Source: Clostridia bacterium (GTDB lineage Bacteria; Bacillota; Clostridia; Oscillospirales; CAG-272). Taken from it: a DNA stretch of 60,143 nt. How positions within the stretch are numbered: position 1 is the first letter of the stretch; every line of letters begins with the position of its first letter. The notes under the pieces are model-generated. The model was not told the DNA's origin. It made no database searches and saw nothing but the letters and a program-made list of their open reading frames with translations. Made by a program: the position numbers and the translations under genes. The DNA is taken from assembly GCA_017938885.1 (NCBI GenBank), contig JAGBAS010000022.1, positions 1 to 60,143 of the forward strand, in the 5' to 3' direction. Below, in pieces: positions 19,670 through 28,789 of this stretch.

Positions 19670-19930
19670 GGGGTTTAGCGGGCTGACGGCCGCTTCCATT
19701 AGCCTTCCCCAGCGGGGAAGGTGGCGCGCCCGTAGGGCGTGACGGATGAGGAGAGCGGGTTGAGATTTTCATACGGGTGAATGCAGAAACCATTGATATG
19801 CAAATAGAAATTACACCCGATACCAAACTGCGATTCGCTCTCCTCATCCACCGCTTCGCGGTCCCCCGCATCCGCTTGCGGATGGCACCGCATGGGGAAG
19901 GCAAAAGAACGCACCGACAAACCAAAATTT
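19670..19930 (+). promoter_or_regulatory. GC-rich, hairpin-dense non-coding leader upstream of pnuC (candidate structured RNA)
   Basis: No plus-strand ORF of 60 aa or more lies within 19670-19890. A perfect 14-bp inverted repeat joins 19744-19757 and 19836-19849. Local hairpins lie at 19703-19721, 19850-19862 and 19869-19884. Confidence 0.3.
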
Positions 19931-19961
19931 GAACCCCTCCCCGATCAAGAAAGGCTCCCCC

Positions 19962-20663
19962 ATGAAAAACCTCACCTCCCAATTCACAAAAACCGACCGC
20001 CTCATCTGGCTCACCTCGGTCTCCCTCGTCGTCCTCTTCTTCCTCCTCTTCGACCGCGTGGGCTACCTCACCCTCGCAGCCTCCCTCATCGGGGTCACCT
20101 CCCTCATCTTCAACGCCAAGGGCAACCCCGTAGGCCAGATCCTCATGATCCTCTTCAGCATCCTCTACGGCGCCACCTCCTATTCCTTCGCTTACTACGG
20201 CGAAATGATTACCTACCTGGGCATGACCGCCCCCATGGCCGCCGTGGCCCTCGTTGCGTGGGTACGAAATCCCTATAAAGGTAATCGCGCCGAGGTAGCC
20301 GTCGCCCACGTGAAAGGGAAAGACTGGATACTCATGCTGATCGCCACCGCCGCCGTGACGGTAGTCTTTTGCTTCATATTGAAATACTTTCATACCGCCA
20401 ACCTCATCCCCAGCACCGTATCGGTCACCACCAGCTTCGCCGCCGCCTGGCTGACCTACAAGCGAAGCCCATGGTTCGCCGTGGCATACGCCTTAAACGA
20501 TATCGTGCTGATCGTCCTGTGGGTGCTGGCCTCCCTGACCGACCGCTCCTATATCTCGGTGACGGTCTGCTTCGCAGTATTTCTTGTCAATGACCTGTAC
20601 GGCTTCCTCTGTTGGCGGAGGATGCGGAAAAGACAGGCAGAAAATATTCCGGGCGGCTCTTGA
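19962..20663 (+). CDS. pnuC: nicotinamide riboside transporter PnuC family
   Basis: 233 aa, about 7 TM. PnuC-like blocks are present (LIGVTSLIFNAKGN, ITYLGM, WLTYKRSPW, YALNDIVLIVLW). Confidence 0.8.
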   Translation: MKNLTSQFTKTDRLIWLTSVSLVVLFFLLFDRVGYLTLAASLIGVTSLIFNAKGNPVGQILMILFSILYGATSYSFAYYGEMITYLGMTAPMAAVALVAWVRNPYKGNRAEVAVAHVKGKDWILMLIATAAVTVVFCFILKYFHTANLIPSTVSVTTSFAAAWLTYKRSPWFAVAYALNDIVLIVLWVLASLTDRSYISVTVCFAVFLVNDLYGFLCWRRMRKRQAENIPGGS

Positions 20664-20745
20664 AATTTTCTATTGTTTCTGCTATAATAATAGTAACACA
20701 GCCCGTATAACTTCCCCAAAATCGTGATGGAATAAGGAGAGAACC

Positions 20746-21666
20746 ATGTCCTATACTTACGACAACCTCATCATTGGCGGGGGCCCCGCCGGATATACCG
20801 CCGCTCTGTACGCCGCCCGTGCGGGATTGGATACCGCCGTTCTGGAGAAAATGTCCGCAGGCGGCCAGATGGGACTGACCGATATCATCGACAACTACCC
20901 CGGTTTCCCGGAAGGAGTGGACGGCTTCACCCTGGGCATGAATATGCAGCTGCAAGCCGAACGCTTTGGCGCCAAGACCCTGTTCGAGGACGTTGTCGGG
21001 GTGGATTTCACCGACCCGGCCGTCAAAAAGGTCATGACCGCATACAACACCTACACCGCCCGCACCGTCATCATCGCCACAGGTGCCAATCCCCGTGAGC
21101 TGGGACTCCCCAACGAACGGGCACTGACGGGTAAGGGCGTCCATTACTGTGCCCATTGCGACGGACGATTCTATAAGGGAAAGACCGTGGCCGTAGTGGG
21201 CGGCGGCAATTCGGCGGTATCCGATGCCCTCTACCTTTCTCGTGTCACCGAGAAGGTCTACGTCATACACCGCCGCGACACCCTCCGCGCTACAAAAATC
21301 TACCACGAGCCCCTCATGAAGGCCGAAAACGTAGAGTTTATCTGGGACAGCGCCGTTACCGAGATCCTGTCCGACGGACGGGTGACAGGCGTTAAGGTCA
21401 AGAATCTGAAGGACGGCAGCGAGAGGGAAGTAGCCTTCAGCGGCCTGTTCGTCAGCATCGGCCGCAAGCCCGCCACGGAATTCCTGGGAAATGCCCTTGA
21501 GCTGGACAGCTACGGCTATATCGTAGCCGATGAGTCCACCCGTACCTCGGTCCCCGGTGTCTTTGCCGTGGGGGATGTCCGCACCAAAGCCCTCCGCCAG
21601 GTGGTTACCGCCGTGGCCGACGGCGCAACGGCGATCCATTACACCGAGGAGTTTCTGCATAAATAA
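20746..21666 (+). CDS. trxB: thioredoxin-disulfide reductase
   Basis: GGGPAGYTAALYAAR FAD motif, redox CAHCDG, second Rossmann motif VVGGGNSA, and GVFAVGD. Confidence 0.9.
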   Translation: MSYTYDNLIIGGGPAGYTAALYAARAGLDTAVLEKMSAGGQMGLTDIIDNYPGFPEGVDGFTLGMNMQLQAERFGAKTLFEDVVGVDFTDPAVKKVMTAYNTYTARTVIIATGANPRELGLPNERALTGKGVHYCAHCDGRFYKGKTVAVVGGGNSAVSDALYLSRVTEKVYVIHRRDTLRATKIYHEPLMKAENVEFIWDSAVTEILSDGRVTGVKVKNLKDGSEREVAFSGLFVSIGRKPATEFLGNALELDSYGYIVADESTRTSVPGVFAVGDVRTKALRQVVTAVADGATAIHYTEEFLHK

Positions 21667-21783
21667 TCGAAATCCTTATGTTTCAGAAAATACGGCCGAA
21701 ACAAATCCTTCGAATTGAGCGATGGTTTACTTTCGGTTTAAAATCGGGGTGTACAATATCAGCATAAAAAACAGGAGAAGCAT

Positions 21784-22422
21784 ATGCAGTACGTCCTCAG
21801 CGCAATTATGGGATACCTTACGGGTACCGTCAATCCCGCCTATATCCTATCCAGAATACACGGATTCGATATCCGGGAAAGAGGATCCGGCAATGCAGGA
21901 GCATCCAACGCCCTGCTCCTCTTCGGAAAGGCCCGCGGGGCATTCTGCGCCACGTTCGATATCGCTAAAGCGGCTTGCATCATCTGGCTGACAAGTAAGC
22001 TCTTTTATCCCGTGAATACCTTTGCGGTGACCGCCACAGCCTGCATTATGGGGCATATTTTCCCCTTTTATATGCGTTTTCGCGGCGGAAAGGGACTTGC
22101 CTGCATTACAGGCACCATACTGGCCTACGATCTCCGCGTGTTTGGCATCATGCTGGCCGCTGAATTGGTGGTCGCCTTGGCTACCAACTATATATGTTTC
22201 GTCCCTATGACCGCCGCCGTAGCGTTCACACCCGTCTATGGAATCATGAGCCGGGATCTGTTGGGCGCGCTCCTCTTCTTAGCCGTTGCCATTGTGGTCG
22301 TGTGCAAGCACACCGTTAATATCCGGCGCATTACCGAGGGGAGGGAGGCGAGGCTGTCCTACCTGTGGAGCCGAGACAAAGAAACAGCCAGACTCCGGAA
22401 AAATTATGACGGAGACGAATAA
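21784..22422 (+). CDS. plsY: acyl-phosphate:glycerol-3-phosphate acyltransferase
   Basis: 212 aa, with GSGNAGASN and the FPFYMRFRGGKG motifs characteristic of PlsY. Confidence 0.9.
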   Translation: MQYVLSAIMGYLTGTVNPAYILSRIHGFDIRERGSGNAGASNALLLFGKARGAFCATFDIAKAACIIWLTSKLFYPVNTFAVTATACIMGHIFPFYMRFRGGKGLACITGTILAYDLRVFGIMLAAELVVALATNYICFVPMTAAVAFTPVYGIMSRDLLGALLFLAVAIVVVCKHTVNIRRITEGREARLSYLWSRDKETARLRKNYDGDE

Positions 22423-22474
22423 AGAGGGCAGGAGCACTGTCCTCTTTCATTTTTGTTAAATCTGAAAATACCTA

Positions 22475-22503
22475 TTTACAAATTTTAAATAATATGTTAT
22501 AAT
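22475..22503 (+). promoter_or_regulatory. sigma-A-type promoter for the flavodiiron gene
   Basis: TTTACA (22475-22480), 17-nt spacer, TGtTATAAT (22495-22503). Confidence 0.5.
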
Positions 22504-22576
22504 ACGAATGGTTTTCGGACATCATATCCGAAGAAATATCACCGAGGAACCAAACAAATAATTTGGAGGAAACCAA

Positions 22577-24367
22577 ATGAACATCACAAACGACATTCGC
22601 TACGTCGGCGTGAACGACAAGGAGATCGATCTATTCGAGGGGCAGTATGTTGTTCCGAACGGTATGAGCTATAATTCCTACGTCATCCTGGACGACATGA
22701 TCGCTGTCATGGACACCGTAGACGCCCGCTTTACCCACCAATGGCTGGACAATCTCAGGGATACCCTGGACGGTCGTCAGCCCAATTTCTTGATTATCCA
22801 GCATATGGAACCTGACCATTCTGCGAACATCGTCAATTTTCTAAAGGTATATCCCGATACGATCGTGGTAGCCTCGGCCAAGGCGTTTACCATGATGAAA
22901 AACTTCTTTGGAAAGGATTTTGCCGAGAACGGTATGACCATCAAGGAGGGCGATACCCTCTGCCTGGGTAAGCATACCCTTCATTTCGTAGCCGCTCCCA
23001 TGGTGCATTGGCCCGAGGTCATGGTGACCTACGACTCCACCGATAAGGTGCTCTTTTCTGCTGACGGCTTCGGTAAATTCGGCGCGCTGGATGCCGACGA
23101 GGACTGGGCCTGTGAGGCTCGCCGCTACTACATCGGCATCGTCGGGAAGTACGGTGCCCAGGTCCAAGCACTCCTCAAGAAAGCCTCTTCCCTGGACATC
23201 CAAACCATTTGCCCCCTCCACGGCCCCATCCTCACCGAGAATCTGGGCTACTACATCGGCCTCTATAACACCTGGTCCTCCTATCAGCCCGAGGAGGAGG
23301 GCATCGTCATTGCTTACACCTCGGTCTACGGCAACACCAAGAAAGCCGTCATGAAGCTGGCCGACAAGCTCCGCGCCAACGGTTGCCCCAAGGTGGTGGT
23401 CAACGATCTCGCCCGCAGCGATATGGCCGAGTGCGTAGAGGATGCCTTCCGCTATTCTAAGCTGGTGCTGGCCACCACGACCTACAACGCAGATATTTTC
23501 CCCTTCATGAAGGAATTTATCCATCATCTGACCGAGCGCAATTTCAGCAACCGTACCGTGGCCTTCATGGAGAACGGCTCCTGGGCTCCTCTGGCCGCCA
23601 AGGTCATGAAGGGTATGCTGGAGGGCTGTAAGAACCTCACCTACACCGAAAACAACGTCAAGATCCTCTCCGCATTGAATGAGGAAAGCACCGAACAGCT
23701 CAACGCCATGGCCGACGAGCTCTGCCGTGAATACGTTGCTCAGCAGAGCGAGACCGCAAACAAGAACGATATGACCGCCCTCTTCAAGATCGGCTACGGT
23801 CTCTATGTGGTCACCTGCAACGACGGCAAGAAGGATAACGGCCTCATCGTCAACACGGTCGCCCAGGTCACGGATTCCCCCAACCGCATTGCCGTCACCA
23901 TAAACAAGGCCAACTATTCCCACCACATCATCAAGCAGACCGGCAAGATGAACGTCAACTGCCTGACCGTGGAAGCTCCCTTCAAGGTATTCGAGACATT
24001 CGGCTTCCGGAGCGGCCGCAACGTGGACAAGTTCGCTGACTGTACTCCTTTGCGTTCGGATAACGGCCTGGTGTTCTTGCCTCGCTATATCAACGCCTTC
24101 ATGTCTTTGAAGGTAGAGCAGTATATCGATCTGGACAGCCATGGTATGTTCATCTGTTCTGTCACCGAAGCCCGCACCCTCTCGGATCGAGAAACCATGA
24201 CCTACGCGTATTACCACGCCAACGTCAAGCCCAAGCCCGAGACCGACGGAAAGAAGGGCTACGTCTGCAAGATCTGCGGCTATGTATACGAGGGCGAGGA
24301 GCTCCCCGAGGATTTCGTCTGTCCCCTCTGCAAGCACGGCGCGCAGGATTTTGAACCGATCCAGTAA
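22577..24367 (+). CDS. multidomain flavodiiron protein (metallo-beta-lactamase-like diiron + flavodoxin + flavin-reductase-like + rubredoxin)
   Basis: The FprA-type N-terminus carries the HMEPDH diiron ligands. A flavodoxin-like segment and a flavin-reductase-like segment follow. The C-terminal rubredoxin has CKICGY...CPLCKHG. Confidence 0.85.
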   Translation: MNITNDIRYVGVNDKEIDLFEGQYVVPNGMSYNSYVILDDMIAVMDTVDARFTHQWLDNLRDTLDGRQPNFLIIQHMEPDHSANIVNFLKVYPDTIVVASAKAFTMMKNFFGKDFAENGMTIKEGDTLCLGKHTLHFVAAPMVHWPEVMVTYDSTDKVLFSADGFGKFGALDADEDWACEARRYYIGIVGKYGAQVQALLKKASSLDIQTICPLHGPILTENLGYYIGLYNTWSSYQPEEEGIVIAYTSVYGNTKKAVMKLADKLRANGCPKVVVNDLARSDMAECVEDAFRYSKLVLATTTYNADIFPFMKEFIHHLTERNFSNRTVAFMENGSWAPLAAKVMKGMLEGCKNLTYTENNVKILSALNEESTEQLNAMADELCREYVAQQSETANKNDMTALFKIGYGLYVVTCNDGKKDNGLIVNTVAQVTDSPNRIAVTINKANYSHHIIKQTGKMNVNCLTVEAPFKVFETFGFRSGRNVDKFADCTPLRSDNGLVFLPRYINAFMSLKVEQYIDLDSHGMFICSVTEARTLSDRETMTYAYYHANVKPKPETDGKKGYVCKICGYVYEGEELPEDFVCPLCKHGAQDFEPIQ

Positions 24368-24396
24368 GATGTTTGATAAAAAATGGTGTCAAATAA

Positions 24397-24430
24397 GAAG
24401 AAACCGAGCCCTTCAAGGCTCGGTTTCTTC
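24397..24430. terminator. bidirectional terminator between the convergent flavodiiron gene and hppA
   Basis: 14-bp perfect stem GAAGAAACCGAGCC paired with GGCTCGGTTTCTTC, with a 6-nt loop. Confidence 0.6.
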
Positions 24431-24446
24431 TATCTGGAATTCATAA

Positions 24447-26534
24447 TCAGAAGAGAGAGAAATGAACGACCACCGCGGCGAAAACGATGGATACCATGGA
24501 AAGAAGCTTAATGAGAATGTTGATGGCAGGGCCGGCCGTATCCTTGAAGGGGTCTCCAACGGTGTCACCGACTACAGCCGCCTTGTGCTGATCCGAGCCC
24601 TTGCCGCCGTGATTGCCGCCTTCAATATACTTCTTGGCGTTATCCCAAGCACCCCCGCTGTTCGACATGAAAACCGCCAGAAGAAAGCCGGATACCGTTG
24701 CGCCGGCCAGCATACCGACGACTCCCGTCCACCCGAGCAGCAGACCCACGATCACGGGCGCGACGACCGCTACCCCCGTGGGAAGCACCATTTCCCGCAG
24801 GGAGGAGCGGGTACAAAGATCCACGCAGGTGGCATAATCAGGCTCGGCACGACCGTCCAGAAGCCCCGTAAGCTCACGGAACTGACGGCGAACCTCCTTG
24901 ACCACACTCTGCGCGGCACGGCCGACCGCGTTCATGGTCATGGCGGCAAACAGGAAGGGAAGGCAGGCGCCTACAAAGAGTCCGACCAAAACCGTGGGGG
25001 ACGTAATGCTGAGCGCGGAAAGCTGAAGAGCGGCATTCTCCATCAAGCTGTCGATCTTGTCAACGTAGGAGGCCATCAGAGCCAGAGCGGTCAAGGCGGC
25101 CGAGCCGATGGCAAAGCCTTTTCCGGTAGCGGCGGTGGTGTTACCCAGCGAATCCAAAGCGTCGGTGCGTTCCCGAACCTCAGCGGGAAGCTCAGCCATC
25201 TGCGCAATACCGCCGGCGTTATCTGCAACGGGACCGTATGCATCGGTTGCCAGGGTGATACCCAGGGTGGAGAGCATACCAACGGCAGCCAATGCGATAC
25301 CGTACAGGCCCATGGTGGGCTGTGATGCGCCGCCGGATACGAAGTAAGCGATCAGAACGCACGCGCAGATGACCACAACAGGAACCAGCGTTGACATCAT
25401 GCCCGTGGAAAGTCCCCCGATGATGATGGTAGCAGTGCCCGTTTCGGAGGCAGCAGCCAGCTTTTTGGTCGGCTTATAGCTGTCCGACGTAAAATACTCG
25501 GTGGCCTGGCCGATGATGACGCCACCGATAAGACCTGCAAGAATAGCGAAATAGGAAAGCCAATGCTCACGTCCCAGTACAAACCAAACGAGCGGGAAGG
25601 AACCGAGAGCTATGATGACAGCGGCAAAATTGGTGCCACGCGATAAGGCTCTGAGAAGCTGCTTTTGCTCTGCTCCCTCCTTGGTGCGGACGAAAAAGGT
25701 GCCCAATACCGAGCAGATGACACCCAAGACGGCAATGAGTAAGGGGAGTGCCATGGCTTTGCTGTCGTGAAAGGCCGCCACACCCAAAGAGCAGGCAGAA
25801 AGAATGGAGCCGATGTAGGATTCATAAAGATCCGCTCCCATTCCCGCCACGTCGCCCACGTTATCTCCCACGTTGTCTGCAATGACCGCAGGGTTGCGGG
25901 GATCGTCCTCGGGAATGCCGGCTTCCACCTTGCCCACCAGATCCGCGCCTACGTCTGCGGCCTTGGTGAAAATACCGCCGCCCACACGGGCAAACAGAGC
26001 CATGCAGGAGGCACCCATACCAAAGGTCAGCATAGCCGAGGCAATGGCGTCGGGGGAGAGCTTGAAGACGTATTTCAGAAGAGTCAACCAAATGGAAACG
26101 TCCAAAAGACCCAGACCGACTACCGTAAAGCCCATGACCGAGCCCGCAGAAAACGCGATGCGAAGCCCCTTGTTGAGCCCCTCGCGGCAAGCGTTGGCGG
26201 TGCGGGCGTTGGAGGCGGTAGCGATCTTCATACCGATAAAGCCCGAAAGGCCGGAGAAGATACCGCCGGTCAGAAAAGCGAAGGGCATGAAGGGGGAAAC
26301 CAGGCCGAGCAGTGCCAAAGCTCCCAGTATCAGGAACACCGCAATAAAGAAAATGAATACGATGCGGTATTGACGCTTCAAAAAAGCATTGGCGCCTGCA
26401 CGGATCGAAGCCGCGATCTTTTGCATCCGATCAGTTCCTTCGGAGAAGCGCATGACTCGTTTGGCGGTCAAAAGCGCGAAGATCAAGGCGATGGCAGAGC
26501 CCGAAAAAGTGAATAGCACGAGTAATTTGTCCAT
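24447..26534 (-). CDS. hppA: membrane-bound ion-translocating pyrophosphatase
   Basis: 695 aa, polytopic. Pyrophosphatase signatures are present (GGGIFTKAADVGADLVGKVE, DNVGDNVGD, GGAWDNAKKYIE, VGDTVGDPFKDT). Confidence 0.92.
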   Translation of the reverse strand: MDKLLVLFTFSGSAIALIFALLTAKRVMRFSEGTDRMQKIAASIRAGANAFLKRQYRIVFIFFIAVFLILGALALLGLVSPFMPFAFLTGGIFSGLSGFIGMKIATASNARTANACREGLNKGLRIAFSAGSVMGFTVVGLGLLDVSIWLTLLKYVFKLSPDAIASAMLTFGMGASCMALFARVGGGIFTKAADVGADLVGKVEAGIPEDDPRNPAVIADNVGDNVGDVAGMGADLYESYIGSILSACSLGVAAFHDSKAMALPLLIAVLGVICSVLGTFFVRTKEGAEQKQLLRALSRGTNFAAVIIALGSFPLVWFVLGREHWLSYFAILAGLIGGVIIGQATEYFTSDSYKPTKKLAAASETGTATIIIGGLSTGMMSTLVPVVVICACVLIAYFVSGGASQPTMGLYGIALAAVGMLSTLGITLATDAYGPVADNAGGIAQMAELPAEVRERTDALDSLGNTTAATGKGFAIGSAALTALALMASYVDKIDSLMENAALQLSALSITSPTVLVGLFVGACLPFLFAAMTMNAVGRAAQSVVKEVRRQFRELTGLLDGRAEPDYATCVDLCTRSSLREMVLPTGVAVVAPVIVGLLLGWTGVVGMLAGATVSGFLLAVFMSNSGGAWDNAKKYIEGGNHGGKGSDQHKAAVVGDTVGDPFKDTAGPAINILIKLLSMVSIVFAAVVVHFSLF

Positions 26535-26578
26535 AACTGTAAAAGATGACCTCCCTTGCGTCGGGGTGATGATGTGCT

Positions 26579-26607
26579 ATTATAGCATATTCTTCCTCCC
26601 TTGTCAA
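26579..26607 (-). promoter_or_regulatory. consensus sigma-A promoter for hppA
   Basis: Read on the minus strand: TTGACA (26607-26602), 17-nt spacer, TGcTATAAT (-10 at 26584-26579). Confidence 0.55.
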
Positions 26608-26675
26608 GATGCAGATGAGAATTTTGCAAGAAAACGAAATCAAAATTGCAAAAACGTAGAATTGAAAAAATCCTC

Positions 26676-26704
26676 TTGCAAAGTGGACCCTTATGTGGTA
26701 TAAT
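26676..26704 (+). promoter_or_regulatory. sigma-A-type promoter for the K+ uptake operon
   Basis: TTGCAA (26676-26681), 17-nt spacer, TGgTATAAT (26696-26704). Confidence 0.55.
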
Positions 26705-26734
26705 GGTGATGTCGAAAGAAAGGAGGGAGATCAT

Positions 26735-28105
26735 ATGAGACGAAAACCGACAAGCTTGCGGCTGTCCACGACGCACATCATCATGCTGAGCTTTATTTGC
26801 GTCATCATACTTGGCAGTATCCTCCTTTCTTTGCCCTTCAGCGCGAAGAGCGGCGAAGCCGTTCCCTTCGTGGATGCCCTATTTACTGCAACCACGGCCA
26901 CCTGCGTAACAGGCCTTGTCACCCTTCCGACGGCCACGACCTGGAGCCTGTTCGGGCAGATCGTCATTCTGATTCTGATCCAGGTCGGAGGACTCGGTAT
27001 CATTACGGTCATGGCGGGTGTCATGCTGGCACTCCACCGCCGCATGGGGCTGTCCGACCGTATGCTCCTACAGGACGCCTTCAATCTGAACACCCTGTCG
27101 GGTCTCGCGGATTTTCTGAAAAAGGTGCTTTTCGGAACCTTGACCGTCGAGCTGGCAGGCGCACTTCTGTACATGACCGTTTTTGTTCCCGAATTCGGCG
27201 CACGCGGCATCTGGATATCGGTATTCAATGCTGTTTCCGCCTTCTGCAATGCAGGCATGGACATCATTGGCGAGCGCAGTCTCTGCGACTATGCAACCAA
27301 CCCCACGATCAACGCCGTCACCTCTGCTCTGATTATTCTGGGCGGTCTCGGTTATATCGTCTGGTGGGATATTCTGCGGGTCGCACGGCTGGCCATCCGT
27401 AAAAGAAGTCTGTCTGTCTGCAAGAATCTGACCCTGCAATCCAAGATGACCCTCCTGGCCACAGCCCTTCTCATCATGGGCGGCGGGCTTCTGATCCTGC
27501 TCTGCGAGCGCAGTAATCCCGAAACCATCCGGGACATGAGCCTGTTCGATCAGATACAAGTATCCTTCTTCCAGTCGGTTACCACCCGTACAGCGGGCTT
27601 TGCTACGGTGGACCAATCCAGCCTCACCACCGCTTCCACGGCACTCTGCCTCCTGCTCATGTTCATCGGCGGCTCCCCCGTAGGAACGGCGGGCGGCGTC
27701 AAGACCGTGACCGTGCTGGTTCTGGCCGTCTACGCCGTGAGCACTGTGCGCGGAAAGAACGAGATCACCATCTTCAACCGCCGCATTCCCGACGACGCAT
27801 TGCGAAAATCGGTTGCCGTTGTGGGCACTTCCCTCTGTATCGCGGCATTGTCAACACTCCTGCTGGCGCTGGTTACCCCGGATGCAAGCATGGCGGATAT
27901 TGCCTTTGAAACCGTGTCGGCCACCGCAACGGTCGGTCTTTCCCGTAATATTACCCCACTTCTGAGCACGGTTGGCAAGCTCATCATCACCGTTACCATG
28001 TACCTCGGGCGTATCGGCCCCATTTCGCTGGCTATCGCCTTCAGCACCAAACGAGACAAACCCAATATCATTAAGAATCCCACCGAAAGCATCAGCGTCG
28101 GCTGA
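26735..28105 (+). CDS. TrkH/KtrB-family potassium uptake membrane subunit
   Basis: 456 aa from the ATG at 26735 (RBS AAAGGAGGG). Repeated selectivity-filter-like segments are present (TATCVTGL, CNAGMD, RTAGF, ATVGLS). Confidence 0.88.
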   Translation: MRRKPTSLRLSTTHIIMLSFICVIILGSILLSLPFSAKSGEAVPFVDALFTATTATCVTGLVTLPTATTWSLFGQIVILILIQVGGLGIITVMAGVMLALHRRMGLSDRMLLQDAFNLNTLSGLADFLKKVLFGTLTVELAGALLYMTVFVPEFGARGIWISVFNAVSAFCNAGMDIIGERSLCDYATNPTINAVTSALIILGGLGYIVWWDILRVARLAIRKRSLSVCKNLTLQSKMTLLATALLIMGGGLLILLCERSNPETIRDMSLFDQIQVSFFQSVTTRTAGFATVDQSSLTTASTALCLLLMFIGGSPVGTAGGVKTVTVLVLAVYAVSTVRGKNEITIFNRRIPDDALRKSVAVVGTSLCIAALSTLLLALVTPDASMADIAFETVSATATVGLSRNITPLLSTVGKLIITVTMYLGRIGPISLAIAFSTKRDKPNIIKNPTESISVG

Positions 28106-28123
28106 GGGGAGAAAGGAAGCAAC

Positions 28124-28774
28124 ATGAGTATTCGCAAGTCCTACGCCGTATTTGGCCTGGGGCGGTATGGCCTGGCCGTTGCCCGCGAGCTGGTTTCGGG
28201 AGGGGCCGACGTTTTGGCTGTCGATCGGGACGAGACCCTCGTGAATTCCCTCGCAGGAGAGTTTCCTCTATGCAAATGCGCCGACGTAACCGATCCCGAC
28301 GTCCTGCGACAGCTCGATATCGGCAGTATGGATACCGTCGTCATCGCCATGGCCGAATCCCTGGAGGCAACCGTACTCTCAACCATGCTCTGTAAGGAAA
28401 TGGGTGTCAAGACCGTCATTGCAAAATGCGCCAACGAGATGCATCAGAAGATCCTCTCCCGGGTAGGGGCAGACCAGGTGGTCTTCCCCGAATCCGAATC
28501 GGGTATCCGGCTGGCCAAGAATCTGTTGTCCGCAGGCTTTGTGGATCTTTTGGAGCTGGCGCGTGACGTCTCCATGGTGGAGGTGAACGTGCAGAGCGAA
28601 TGGGTCGGAAAGAATCTTCTGGAGCTCAATCTCCGCCGCAAATACGGGATCAACATCGTCGCCATCCGCAGAGGCGAGGAGATCATAACCAATATCGACC
28701 CCGAAAAGCCCCTGACCAGGGAAGCCAGACTCCTGGTGATCGGAAATCCCGCCCGCTTGGGGAAGCTTAAATAA
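28124..28774 (+). CDS. TrkA/KtrA-family potassium uptake regulatory subunit (RCK N+C)
   Basis: VFGLGRYG Rossmann motif and a TrkA-C segment. The gene follows trkH after 18 nt. Confidence 0.88.
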   Translation: MSIRKSYAVFGLGRYGLAVARELVSGGADVLAVDRDETLVNSLAGEFPLCKCADVTDPDVLRQLDIGSMDTVVIAMAESLEATVLSTMLCKEMGVKTVIAKCANEMHQKILSRVGADQVVFPESESGIRLAKNLLSAGFVDLLELARDVSMVEVNVQSEWVGKNLLELNLRRKYGINIVAIRRGEEIITNIDPEKPLTREARLLVIGNPARLGKLK

Positions 28775-28789
28775 AGAGGAGATACGACT

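Noticed and set aside
19551-24337. Other long antisense ORFs (19551-20393, 20587-21660, 22841-24337), and similar ones opposite degV, the lipid kinase and the URO-D gene.
   Set aside because: They lie opposite confidently identified genes (pnuC, trxB, flavodiiron and others). They are in the codon-aligned frame and their sequences are low-complexity.
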